Under the pieces are notes generated by a model, which saw nothing but the letters and a program-made list of their open reading frames with translations, was not told the DNA's origin and ran no database searches. The translations under genes and the position numbers were made by a program. A stretch of DNA of 64,000 nucleotides from Polaromonas sp. (GTDB lineage Bacteria > Pseudomonadota > Gammaproteobacteria > Burkholderiales > Burkholderiaceae_C). The stretch lies in NCBI GenBank assembly GCA_028292745.1, contig JAQGLT010000056.1, positions 15,860 to 79,859 on the forward strand, written 5' to 3'. Positions 42,191 through 51,197 of the stretch are shown piece after piece. How positions within the stretch are numbered: position 1 is the first letter of the stretch; the number at the start of each line of letters is the position of its first letter.

Positions 42191-42946
42191 TCACGGAAGC
42201 TCCACGCCGCTCATGCGGGCCGTGATGGTGCGGGCACGCGAGGCCAGGTAGCCGGAATGGATGCGAGTTTCAAAATACTTGGGCCGTGGCAGCATGACGG
42301 CCAGCCGGGCGGCCTCAACAGCGCTCAGCCGGGAAGCGGGCTTGTGGAAATAGTGCCGGGCGGCGGCCTCCGCGCCGAAAACCCCTTCGCCCCATTCGAC
42401 GCTGTTGAGGTAGATCTCAAGGATGCGCTGCTTGTCCAGCAAGGCTTCAAGCATAAGCGTCAGCAGCAGCTCCTGGCCTTTGCGCAGCAGCGTCCGCTCG
42501 CCCGACAAGAACAGGTTTTTGGCCAGCTGCTGGGTGATGGTGGAGCCGCCGATGATCCTGGGCGGCTTGGCGGCAAGGGGTGTTTTTGACTTGCTTTCAG
42601 CGGCCGGCCGGCTGGTGGCCTGGGCCGCGCGCTCCTCGGCTTTGGCATTTTTTTCCCAGGCTTTTTCCAGCGCTTCCATGTCCACGCCGTCATGGACGAT
42701 GAAACTGGCGTCTTCCGAGGCAATGATGGCGCGCTTGAGATGGTCGGACACCTGCGCGTAAGGCACCCACTGCTGGCGCCAGGCAAGCGTGCCGGTGTTT
42801 TTCAAGACCAGGTAGGCTTCGGAGCGCTGAAAGGCGGTGGATTCGGGGTTGACGACGCGCATCAAGGCAATGCGCGCCGCAAAATAAAGCTGCAATGCCA
42901 AAAGAGCCAGCAGCACCAGGCCCAGCAGGCGCCCCAGGGCTTTCAT
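42191..42946 (-). CDS. mtgA: Monofunctional peptidoglycan transglycosylase
   Basis: IASED..F..HDG, GGSTITQQLAKNL, RKGQE and YLNSVEWG motifs. Confidence 0.94.
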   Translation of the reverse strand: MKALGRLLGLVLLALLALQLYFAARIALMRVVNPESTAFQRSEAYLVLKNTGTLAWRQQWVPYAQVSDHLKRAIIASEDASFIVHDGVDMEALEKAWEKNAKAEERAAQATSRPAAESKSKTPLAAKPPRIIGGSTITQQLAKNLFLSGERTLLRKGQELLLTLMLEALLDKQRILEIYLNSVEWGEGVFGAEAAARHYFHKPASRLSAVEAARLAVMLPRPKYFETRIHSGYLASRARTITARMSGVELP

Positions 42947-43803
42947 GCTGGCTGCGCCCGCAGTTCCCGCAGCACCTGTGCGGCGGGGGGGCGCACGCCG
43001 CGCCACAGGGCAAACGCTTCGGCCGCCTGCTCGACCAGCATGCCCAGCCCGTCACGCGGGCTGGCGCCGTGCGCGCGCGCCCAGGCCATGAAACCCTCGG
43101 CCGCCGGTCCGTACATCATGTCGTAGGCCAGGGCGCCGGGCTTCAGGTGCCGGTGGTCCACCGGCGGCGGGCCGCCCGACAGGCTGCTTGCGCTGGCATT
43201 GACGATGACATCGAAATCACCTTCCAGCGCAGACAGGTCCTGCGCCAGCAGCTCTGTTTTTTGTAGCGCCTGGCGCAAGAAGGCGTGCGCGCGGTGCCGC
43301 GCGACCAGTGCCTCGGCCTTGGCCTGCGTGCGGTTCACCACCACCAGCCTGCGCGGCCCGGCTGCCACCAGTGGCGCCAGCGCACCGGCTGCGGCGCCGC
43401 CCGCGCCTATCAGCAGCACATCGCGCCCGGCCAGCGACACGCCGGCGTTGTTCTGGATGTCGTTGACCAGCCCCAGGCCGTCGGTGTTGTCGGCATAGAC
43501 CGCGCCCTTTTCAAACACCAGCGTGTTGGCCGCCTGCGCCAGCTGGGCGCGGGCGCTTTGCCGGGCGGCGGCCTCGAACGCCTGGAACTTGAACGGCACG
43601 GTCACGTTGCACCCGCAGGCGCCATCCCGGATCAGCTGCGCCAGCGTGGCGGCAAAGCCGTCAAGCGGTGTGAGCCGCCGCTGGTAATCGATGGCCTGTC
43701 CGGTGAGCTCGGCAAAACGCGCATGAATCTGGGGCGACTTGCTGTGGGCAATCGGGTTGCCGAGTACGAAATAGGGGTCGGGTGTCGTGCGTTCGCTGGC
43801 CAT
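42943..43803 (-). CDS. aroE: Shikimate dehydrogenase
   Basis: GNPIAHSKSP, NVTVPFK, DNTDG, GAGGAA and GLGMLVEQA. The start could instead be 43821. Confidence 0.93.
   Translation of the reverse strand: MASERTTPDPYFVLGNPIAHSKSPQIHARFAELTGQAIDYQRRLTPLDGFAATLAQLIRDGACGCNVTVPFKFQAFEAAARQSARAQLAQAANTLVFEKGAVYADNTDGLGLVNDIQNNAGVSLAGRDVLLIGAGGAAAGALAPLVAAGPRRLVVVNRTQAKAEALVARHRAHAFLRQALQKTELLAQDLSALEGDFDVIVNASASSLSGGPPPVDHRHLKPGALAYDMMYGPAAEGFMAWARAHGASPRDGLGMLVEQAAEAFALWRGVRPPAAQVLRELRAQPA
43204..43268 (-). repeat. Double-palindrome motif copy 8 (inside aroE)
   Basis: GCTAC-AAAAAAC-AGAGC-TGCTG-GCGC-AGGACCTGTCT-GCGC-TGGAAGGTGATTT. Confidence 0.75.
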
Positions 43804-43858
43804 TGAAGTCGTCTCATCCATAAAAGGGGAAGTTTTTAGCACACCCGCAGCGCCAAGC

Positions 43859-44722
43859 TCAGCGGCTGCCCAGCTTGGTCGCCAGACTGTCGTCCTGGCC
43901 GAAATTAAAGCTGGAGACGACCACGATCTGGTCGGCTTTCTGGCGCATCGCGTCGTTGAAGGGCGGAAACGGACCGGTGCCGCGCACGATGACCTGCGCC
44001 TGCCGGTCCAGCGTGGGATTGCCCGACGTCTGCACCACGTCGGTTGCCAGGATGCTGCCATCGAAATTGACCGTCATCGTCATGGTGAGTTCGCCGTACA
44101 GCTTTTTGCCGGCCAGCTGCGGAAAGTTCAGCGTGCCCTTGTCCTCGATCTTGCGGCGCAGCACGTCGTAATACACCGCATAGGCCTCTTCGCGCGTGGC
44201 CGGGCTGATGTAGCGCTTTTTCGGCTGCGCGCTGTCCTCGTTGATGCGTTTTTCGATCTCGGCCAGCAGCTTGACCAGTTGCTTGCGCCTTTCCTCATGC
44301 TCGCTCTGGGCCCGCAGGCTGGCCGGCACGCTCAGGTCGGGCGGGGGCAGGGCGGCCAGCTCCCTCTGGGCCTGCAGCAGCAGTTGGCGCTGCTGCTCCT
44401 TCAGCGACTCGATCTGGCGCTGCTCGACATCTTCCTCCTCTGCATCGCCGACCTTCACGAAGGCGGAGGGCGGCAGCGGCGAGGTGGCCCGGCCTTGCTC
44501 GGCCTCGCCGCCACCCGCCAGCGATGCCTGCGCAATGGCTTTTGCCTCGACGGGTTTCTCCGCCGATTTGCCATTGACCAGAATCACTTCCAGCGGCGTG
44601 TCCTGGAACACGCGGTTGAAGCGTTCCGGGTCCACAAAGCGCACGGCGAGCAGCCCGGCATGGACGGCGATCGAAACGCCCAGGGCGATTTGCAGGGCGG
44701 TGGGGGATTTCACGGCTGGCAA
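43859..44722 (-). CDS. TonB/TolA C-terminal domain protein
   Basis: N-terminal TM with SIAVH. C-terminal GTLNFP..SGNPTLDRQA..PFPPF. Confidence 0.8.
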   Translation of the reverse strand: MPAVKSPTALQIALGVSIAVHAGLLAVRFVDPERFNRVFQDTPLEVILVNGKSAEKPVEAKAIAQASLAGGGEAEQGRATSPLPPSAFVKVGDAEEEDVEQRQIESLKEQQRQLLLQAQRELAALPPPDLSVPASLRAQSEHEERRKQLVKLLAEIEKRINEDSAQPKKRYISPATREEAYAVYYDVLRRKIEDKGTLNFPQLAGKKLYGELTMTMTVNFDGSILATDVVQTSGNPTLDRQAQVIVRGTGPFPPFNDAMRQKADQIVVVSSFNFGQDDSLATKLGSR

Positions 44723-44794
44723 TCGGCGGGTGTTTCAACCGTTGCCGACCTGACGGCCTGGCCAGCATTCGGCGCAAGCGCAAAAGTCATGGGT

Positions 44795-46873
44795 TCAGCC
44801 CGCAGGAGCGGGCTCGGCAGCGGTTTCCGGCTCGCCGAGGTCCACCGCGATCGAGATCGGTCCGACTGCGATCTCTTCCTCGCCCTCGTCGCCCGGATCC
44901 GCTTCCTGGGCCTCTGGCGATGCGTCGGCGGCCGTGTCCAGCCGCTCGATGACGGTGCCCGAGATGTCCAGGGTGATCTCGTCGATCGCCCCCAGCCTGA
45001 CGCGCACCCGGGCGCCGCGCGGCAGGCCCTGTGCGCCCAGGGCCGGCAGCACCAGCGGCAGGTCGTCGGCCCGGACCAGGTTGTCCTTGAAGCTGGTCGC
45101 CGTCAGCTCGGTGATGCCGTTTTGCTGCAGGTATTTCAGCGTCCAGTAGCGCTCGATGCCCGACTGAAAGCCGTTGTAGGCGCTGTAGGCCGCGTCAAAA
45201 CAGGAAATCACCGAGAACAGGTCCGCATCCTTGGGTTTGAAGGGCGCGGCCAGCGCCGCCGTGCGGCCGTGCTGGGTGCAGGCAATGAGCTGCCACTGGT
45301 TCACCAGGTCGGTGTAGCGCCGCAGCGGCGAGGTGCACCAGGCATAGCTTTTCACCCCGATGCCCGCATGCGGCAGCGCCTTGGTGCCCATGCGCACCTT
45401 CACGCCCGGCGCCAGGCTGGCCTGGCTGCGGTAGATGCCCGGAACGCCGTGCTCGGCCAGCCACTGGCCCCAAATGCTGTTGGCCAGGATCATCGCCTCA
45501 GCCACGATCAAGTCCAGCGGCGCGCCGCGCTGGCGCGTGCTGATGCTCACCCGCTCGTCGCCTTGCGGCTCCTGTGCAGAAGGGTTGTCGAGCTTGAAGT
45601 TGTAGTCGGGCCGGTTGAAGTTCTCGGGCTTGCCGCGGACCACTTCGCGCTGTGCCTTCAGATGCCGGGCCAGGCGGTGCAGGAACGTCATTTCCACGCC
45701 CCACTGCACATCGGAAGGGGCCTGGAGCTGCGCGGCTTCAAAAAATGCCTCGGTGAAGGTGTTGTCCAGCGTGTCGTGACGCAGGTTGCTGACGATGGGC
45801 ACCCGTTCGAGCCGGGTAACGCTGCCGGTGATCTCCAGCGTGGCTTCATCCAGCGTCAGGTAGAGCGACAACGCCGGGCAGTCGCGGCCTTCTTGCAGGG
45901 TGTAGCTTTGCACCACCTCGTCGGGCAGCATGGTCAGCTTGTGGCCCGGCATGTACACGGTGGACATGCGCGCGCGGCCGACCGCATCGATCGGGCTGCC
46001 GGGCAGCACGGCCAGGCCGGGCGCGGCAATGTGGATGCCCAGCGTGACGGTGCCATTTCCGCCCTGGCTCGCCAGGCCATGCACCGAGAGCGCATCGTCG
46101 ATCTCGGTGGTGCTGGAGTCGTCGATGGAAAACGCTTGAACCTCTGCCCGCGGCAGCACCTCCTTGACCGGCGGCGCCTGCAGGGCTGGAAACCCCGTGC
46201 CTTTGGGAAAGTTCTCGAACAGGAAGCGCTTCCAGTGGAACTGGTAGGGCGAGGCGATGGCGCCGGCTCGTTGCAGCAGGTCCAGCGGCGCGGTGTTCGT
46301 GGCGCGCGACGCATCGACGACGGCCTTGTACTCGGCGCTGTTCTTGTCGGGCTTGAACAGGATTTTGTAAAGCTGCTCGCGAATCGGCGCCGGGCAGTCG
46401 CCCCGGCCCAGTTCCTCGGCCCAGCTGGCGATCTGGGCCGCGACCTGCTTTTTCTTTTCAATGGCGGCCAGGGCCTGCTGCAGGATTTCGGGCGGCGCCT
46501 TCCTGAAGCGGCCTTTGCCGGCGCGGCGGAAATAATGCGGCGCGTCGTACAGCCGAAAGAGCGCCGCTGCCTGCTGCTCCAGCGACGCGGGCTTGGAGGC
46601 GTCGGCGCTGAAGTACTCGCGCGCCAGGTCGGCGAAACTGAATTCGTCGTCGCTGGCGAATTCCCAGGCCAGGTCCAGGTCGATCTCGTCCGACAGCTTC
46701 TGGCCGGCGGCGATGAAGTCGGCCGGGCCCGGCTTTTCAAACTTCAGCAGCGCATTCGCGGCCTTGACCTTGACCCGCTTGCCCGAGTCGAGTTCGACCT
46801 GCAGCGAGCTGTCGGCCTCCGACAAAATCCGGCCGGCCAGAAATTTGCCGGTTTCTTCAAACAATACAAACAC
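44795..46873 (-). CDS. RNB-domain (RNase II/R family) exoribonuclease
   Basis: FSIDDSSTTEIDDALS, EAMILAN and TSPLRRYTDL motifs. Confidence 0.9.
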   Translation of the reverse strand: MFVLFEETGKFLAGRILSEADSSLQVELDSGKRVKVKAANALLKFEKPGPADFIAAGQKLSDEIDLDLAWEFASDDEFSFADLAREYFSADASKPASLEQQAAALFRLYDAPHYFRRAGKGRFRKAPPEILQQALAAIEKKKQVAAQIASWAEELGRGDCPAPIREQLYKILFKPDKNSAEYKAVVDASRATNTAPLDLLQRAGAIASPYQFHWKRFLFENFPKGTGFPALQAPPVKEVLPRAEVQAFSIDDSSTTEIDDALSVHGLASQGGNGTVTLGIHIAAPGLAVLPGSPIDAVGRARMSTVYMPGHKLTMLPDEVVQSYTLQEGRDCPALSLYLTLDEATLEITGSVTRLERVPIVSNLRHDTLDNTFTEAFFEAAQLQAPSDVQWGVEMTFLHRLARHLKAQREVVRGKPENFNRPDYNFKLDNPSAQEPQGDERVSISTRQRGAPLDLIVAEAMILANSIWGQWLAEHGVPGIYRSQASLAPGVKVRMGTKALPHAGIGVKSYAWCTSPLRRYTDLVNQWQLIACTQHGRTAALAAPFKPKDADLFSVISCFDAAYSAYNGFQSGIERYWTLKYLQQNGITELTATSFKDNLVRADDLPLVLPALGAQGLPRGARVRVRLGAIDEITLDISGTVIERLDTAADASPEAQEADPGDEGEEEIAVGPISIAVDLGEPETAAEPAPAG

Positions 46874-46950
46874 ACCGAAATCCTTTAGCCTGGGTGATCT
46901 GCCCTTGGGGGTGCGGCTAGTGTAATCAGGGCGCCATCGCCAGCGCCCGT

Positions 46951-47535
46951 TCAGGCCAGGTCGAGAAAATCCAGAATGCGCGGCAGGTGCGCGTCGAAGT
47001 CGCTCAGCGCATGGTCCCCGCCTTCCAGCAGGCAGACGGCCGCCCCGGCATAGCGCGCCGCCATTTCACGCCAGTCGAGCACTTCGTCGCCCTTGGCGAT
47101 GATGGCGAAGTAATTTTGCGGCCTCTTCAGCGCGCCGGTTTGCAATGCGCGCAGCTCGTCGACAAAGCGGGCTTCGAAGAAAAAACGCGCCTCCGGCTGA
47201 TGCCAGGCGGTCTGCTCGCCGATATGGCGCGCCAGGTCGCGCGCCGGATCGACGGCGGGGTTGAGCAGCACCGCCTTGCAGCCCAGGCGCTGCGCGAGTG
47301 TGGTGGCATAAAACCCGCCCAGCGACGAGCCGATGACCGCCATGGTGTCGGCCGGCCAGCCGGCCAGCCCTGTTTCCAGCAGCGCCATCGCCGCCTGCGG
47401 AGAGGGCGGCAGCTGCGGGCACCACCAGGTCACGGCCGGATGGCCGGCCGCGACTAGGGAAGCCATTTTTTTCGCCTTGGCGGATTGGGGCGAGGAGCGA
47501 AAGCCGTGCAGGTAGAGCAGGTGGGTGCTGGGCAT
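46951..47535 (-). CDS. YqiA/YcfP family esterase
   Basis: YLHGFRSSP, GSSLGG, LNPAV, GDEVLD and GGDH motifs. Confidence 0.9.
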   Translation of the reverse strand: MPSTHLLYLHGFRSSPQSAKAKKMASLVAAGHPAVTWWCPQLPPSPQAAMALLETGLAGWPADTMAVIGSSLGGFYATTLAQRLGCKAVLLNPAVDPARDLARHIGEQTAWHQPEARFFFEARFVDELRALQTGALKRPQNYFAIIAKGDEVLDWREMAARYAGAAVCLLEGGDHALSDFDAHLPRILDFLDLA

Positions 47536-47598
47536 GCCCGAATAGTAAGCGCGCTGCTGGCAAGCCCCGCATGGCCGAGACTGCTGCCAGAGGCCAGA

Positions 47599-47662
47599 TT
47601 GATGATCAAATAGCCTCCTGGCGCACGCGGGGTAAGCGTTATAAGCTATGTTTTCAATAGCA
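47599..47662 (-). repeat. Double-palindrome motif copy 9 (esterase/rodA divergent region)
   Basis: GCTAT-TGAAAAC-ATAGC-TTATA-ACGC-TTACCCCGCGT-GCGC-CAGGAGGCTATTTGA. Confidence 0.8.
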
Positions 47663-47727
47663 ATTTTGACGCTGAGCGGTTCCTTCGGCGAACAGGGTTT
47701 CATGCGGGCTGGCTGATAATCCCGGCC

Positions 47728-48882
47728 ATGTCCGCCGCTTTCGACCAACCCTCTCTTTACCAGCGCACCCTGCCTCTGCTGCAGGGCTTTGACGGGCTGC
47801 TCGCCTTTGCCGTGTTCCTGCTGGCGGGTGCCGGCTTGCTCATCATGTACTCGTCGGGCTACGACCACGGCACCCGCTTTGCCGACCATGGCCGCAACAT
47901 GCTGATTGCCGGCGCCATCATGTTCGTGGTGGCGCAGGTGCCGCCGCAAAAGCTGATGATTTTCGCCGTACCGCTGTACATCACTGGCGTGGCGCTGCTG
48001 GTGGCGGTGCTGGTGTTCGGCATCACCAAGAAGGGCGCGCGGCGCTGGATCAACCTCGGGGTGGTGATCCAGCCCAGCGAAATTTTGAAGATCGCCGTGC
48101 CGCTGATGCTGGCTTGGTGGTTCCAGAAGCGCGAAGGGCAGTTGCGGCCTTTCGATTTCGCCGTCGGCCTGCTGCTGCTGGCGCTGCCCGTGGGGCTGAT
48201 CATGAAGCAGCCCGACCTGGGCACCTCGCTGCTGGTGCTGGCCGCCGGGCTGGCGGTGATTTTCTTTGCCGGCCTGAGCTGGAAGCTGATACTTCCGCCG
48301 GTGCTGCTGGGCGTTATCGGCATTTCGCTGGTCGTCTGGTTCGAGCCGCAGCTGTGCGCCGACGGCATGCGCTGGCCGGTGCTGCACGACTACCAGCAGC
48401 AGCGCATCTGCACCCTGCTTGACCCGTCGCGCGACCCGCTCGGCAAGGGCTTTCACATCATCCAGGGCCTGATCGCCATCGGCTCGGGCGGCGTGTTCGG
48501 CAAGGGCTTCATGGCCGGCACGCAGACGCACCTGGAGTTCATTCCCGAACGCACGACCGACTTCATCTTCGCGGCCTACTCCGAGGAATTCGGCCTGGTC
48601 GGCAACCTGCTGCTGATCGCCGGATTCCTGTTCCTGATCTTTCGCGGGCTGGCCATCGCGATCGAGGCGCCCACTTTGTTCTCGCGGCTGCTGGCCGGTG
48701 CGCTCACGATGATCTTTTTCACCTACGCTTTTGTGAACATGGGCATGGTCAGCGGCATCTTGCCGGTGGTCGGGGTGCCGTTGCCCTTCATCAGCTATGG
48801 CGGAACAGCCATGGTGACGCTGGGGCTGGCGGTGGGCATGCTGATGTCGATTGCCAAGGCCAGGCGCCTGGTGCAGACCTGA
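47728..48882 (+). CDS. rodA: Rod shape-determining SEDS protein RodA
   Basis: GARRW, IQPSE, QPDLGT, IPERTTDFIF and GVPLPFISYGG motifs. Confidence 0.94.
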   Translation: MSAAFDQPSLYQRTLPLLQGFDGLLAFAVFLLAGAGLLIMYSSGYDHGTRFADHGRNMLIAGAIMFVVAQVPPQKLMIFAVPLYITGVALLVAVLVFGITKKGARRWINLGVVIQPSEILKIAVPLMLAWWFQKREGQLRPFDFAVGLLLLALPVGLIMKQPDLGTSLLVLAAGLAVIFFAGLSWKLILPPVLLGVIGISLVVWFEPQLCADGMRWPVLHDYQQQRICTLLDPSRDPLGKGFHIIQGLIAIGSGGVFGKGFMAGTQTHLEFIPERTTDFIFAAYSEEFGLVGNLLLIAGFLFLIFRGLAIAIEAPTLFSRLLAGALTMIFFTYAFVNMGMVSGILPVVGVPLPFISYGGTAMVTLGLAVGMLMSIAKARRLVQT

Positions 48883-48991
48883 GCCGAGGCGCGGACTGGA
48901 TAGGGCTTGCGCTGATGAAGTCAACGGGTTAGAAAGCAGTTTGCAAGCCGCAAACCGCTTCAGCAAACCGTAACCTCGAAGGAATCCCTTT

Positions 48992-49327
48992 ATGGCCAGC
49001 ACGTTTGAACTCAAGAAATCGAGCAACAACCAATACCATTTCAGCCTGCAGGCGGGCAATGGCCAAACCATCTTGTCCAGCGAAATGTATGCGGCCAAGG
49101 CCAGTGCCCTGGGCGGCATCGAGTCGGTGAAGAAAAACGCCGCCGACGACAGCCGCTACAACCGGCTGGTCGGAAAAAATGGCGCTCCGTACTTCACGCT
49201 GAGCGCTGCCAACCATCAGGTGATTGGCCAAAGCGAAATGTATTCCAGCGAAGGCGCACGCGATAAAGGCATCGAATCGTGCAAAGCCAACGGGCCGAAC
49301 GCAACGGTCAACGACATCGCGGCCTGA
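48992..49327 (+). CDS. YegP / DUF1508 tandem-domain protein
   Basis: Two repeats of F.L.A.N.Q.I..SEMY....A..GIES.K.N; AAGGA RBS. Confidence 0.88.
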   Translation: MASTFELKKSSNNQYHFSLQAGNGQTILSSEMYAAKASALGGIESVKKNAADDSRYNRLVGKNGAPYFTLSAANHQVIGQSEMYSSEGARDKGIESCKANGPNATVNDIAA

Positions 49328-49416
49328 GGATTCCCTGCCGGAAGCCGCCCTTGTGGGTTGGGGCAGAACCCCGCCAGTGCCGTCCGGGTTGGGCGCAGAC
49401 TGCCTACAATCCCGCC

Positions 49417-50943
49417 ATGACCTCACTCAACTCCGCCGCCGCCTCCGTTCGACAGACCAATGTTTCAGGCCGCCCGCAGGCGCGCCCCACCCGGGACGCG
49501 ACCGCCGAGCGCCTGCTTATTGCGCAAAAGCTCCTGCTGGCGCCCTTCGGGCTGAACGAAGCGGCCTTGAGCCGTGCGCTGGGTGAAATCACCTCTTACG
49601 GCGTGGACGATGCGGACCTGTATTTTCAGTACACCCGCAGCGAAGGCTGGAGCCTGGAGGAGGGCATTGTCAAGACCGGCTCCTTCAACATCGACCAGGG
49701 CGTCGGCGTGCGCGCCGTGAGCGGCGAGAAAACCGCCTTTGCCTATTCGGACGATATTTCCGAAGCTTCGCTGTTGGATGCCGCCCGCACCGTGCGCAGC
49801 ATCTCGGCCGCCAGCCAGTCCGTCCGGGTCAAGACGCCGGCGCGCAAGGTCGCCAGCAGCCGTTCGCTCTACCGCGACCTGGACCCGATCGCCACCCTGG
49901 GCAGCACCGCCAAGGTCAAGCTGCTTGAAAAAGTCGAAAAGCTGGCCAAGGCCAAGGACCCGCGCATCGTGCAGGTCATGGCGGGCCTGGCCAGCGAGTA
50001 CGACGTGGTGATGGTGGCCCGCGCTGACGGCACGCTGGCGGCCGACGTGCGCCCGCTGGTGCGCCTGAGCGTGACGGTGATCGCCGAGCAGAAAGGCCGG
50101 CGCGAAGTCGGCTCGGGCGGCGGCGGCGGCCGCTTCGGACTGGCCTATTTCGACGATGCGCAGATCGGCCAGTACGTCGATGCCGCCGTGAACGCGGCGC
50201 TGACCAACCTCGATGCGCGCCCCGCGCCGGCCGGCCAGATGACGGTGGTGCTCGGCTCGGGCTGGCCCGGCATCTTGCTGCACGAGGCGATCGGCCACGG
50301 GCTGGAGGGCGACTTCAACCGCAAGGGCTCCAGCGCGTTTTCGGGCCGCATCGGCGAGCGCGTGGCCGCCAAGGGCGTGACGGTGCTCGATGACGGCACA
50401 ATCGCCGACCGTCGCGGCTCGCTCAATGTGGACGACGAAGGCAACGCCAGCCAGCGCAATGTGCTGATCGAGGACGGCATCTTGAAGGGCTACATCCAGG
50501 ATTCGATGAATGCGCGGCTGATGAATGTCAAGCCCACCGGCAACGGCCGGCGCGAAAGCTACGCCCACGTGCCCATGCCGCGCATGACCAACACCTACAT
50601 GCTGGGCGGCGACCGCCAGCCGGATGAAATCATCGCCAGTATCAAAAAAGGCCTGTACGCCAGCAATTTCGCCGGCGGCCAGGTTGATATCACTTCGGGC
50701 AAGTTCGTGTTCTCGGCCAGCGAAGCCTTTTGGGTGGAAAACGGCAAGATTCTCTATCCCGTTAAGGGCGCGACCATCGTGGGCAACGGCCCCGATGCGC
50801 TCACCCGCGTCACCATGATCGGCAACGACATGCAGCTCGACAGTGGCGTCGGCACCTGCGGCAAGGAAGGCCAGAGCGTGCCGGTCGGCGTGGGCCAGCC
50901 CACCTTGCGGATCGACGGCCTGACCGTGGGCGGTACGGCCTAA
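49417..50943 (+). CDS. tldD: Metalloprotease TldD
   Basis: HEAIGHGLEGD, PRMTNT and CGKEGQSVPVGVGQP motifs. Confidence 0.95.
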   Translation: MTSLNSAAASVRQTNVSGRPQARPTRDATAERLLIAQKLLLAPFGLNEAALSRALGEITSYGVDDADLYFQYTRSEGWSLEEGIVKTGSFNIDQGVGVRAVSGEKTAFAYSDDISEASLLDAARTVRSISAASQSVRVKTPARKVASSRSLYRDLDPIATLGSTAKVKLLEKVEKLAKAKDPRIVQVMAGLASEYDVVMVARADGTLAADVRPLVRLSVTVIAEQKGRREVGSGGGGGRFGLAYFDDAQIGQYVDAAVNAALTNLDARPAPAGQMTVVLGSGWPGILLHEAIGHGLEGDFNRKGSSAFSGRIGERVAAKGVTVLDDGTIADRRGSLNVDDEGNASQRNVLIEDGILKGYIQDSMNARLMNVKPTGNGRRESYAHVPMPRMTNTYMLGGDRQPDEIIASIKKGLYASNFAGGQVDITSGKFVFSASEAFWVENGKILYPVKGATIVGNGPDALTRVTMIGNDMQLDSGVGTCGKEGQSVPVGVGQPTLRIDGLTVGGTA

Positions 50944-50986
50944 TGCGAAGGCAGGCTGCCTGCCGCAGCCTTGATTTTTTGAGCTG

Positions 50987-50995
50987 TGCTACATT
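50987..50995 (+). promoter_or_regulatory. Putative extended -10 promoter for the DAHP synthase leader
   Basis: TGcTACATT ends 7 nt before the leader ATG. Confidence 0.5.
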
Positions 50996-51002
50996 CCAGC
51001 AG

Positions 51003-51077
51003 ATGAATTCCGCGAAATTTTCTTTTGCTTACTTTTGGTTCTCAAGCGCCACCGGCGGTAGAGAGACTTTCGCGTAA
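51003..51077 (+). CDS. Putative attenuator leader peptide MNSAKFSFAYFWFSSATGGRETFA
   Basis: A 24-aa uORF with six aromatic codons among residues 6-13. It precedes a terminator and an aromatic-pathway gene. Confidence 0.8.
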   Translation: MNSAKFSFAYFWFSSATGGRETFA

Positions 51078-51102
51078 GCACCAGAAAACGCAGCGAATCT
51101 CC

Positions 51103-51135
51103 AAAAACCGCCGGGCCACCCGGCGGTTTTTTTTT
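51103..51135 (+). terminator. Attenuator terminator upstream of DAHP synthase
   Basis: ACCGCCGGG-CCA-CCCGGCGGT followed by a T run. The 5' arm can alternatively pair with CCGGCGGT at 51052-51059. Confidence 0.88.
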
Positions 51136-51197
51136 GCCTATCTCAATCCAGTGAAACAGCCTGAACCCGTTTTGAAATCCTAAAAAGGAAGCCCGTG

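Noticed and set aside
43787-46888. 1033-aa plus-strand ORF
   Set aside because: It is the antisense shadow of the RNB and TonB-like genes, has no motifs, and such shadows are expected in high-GC DNA.
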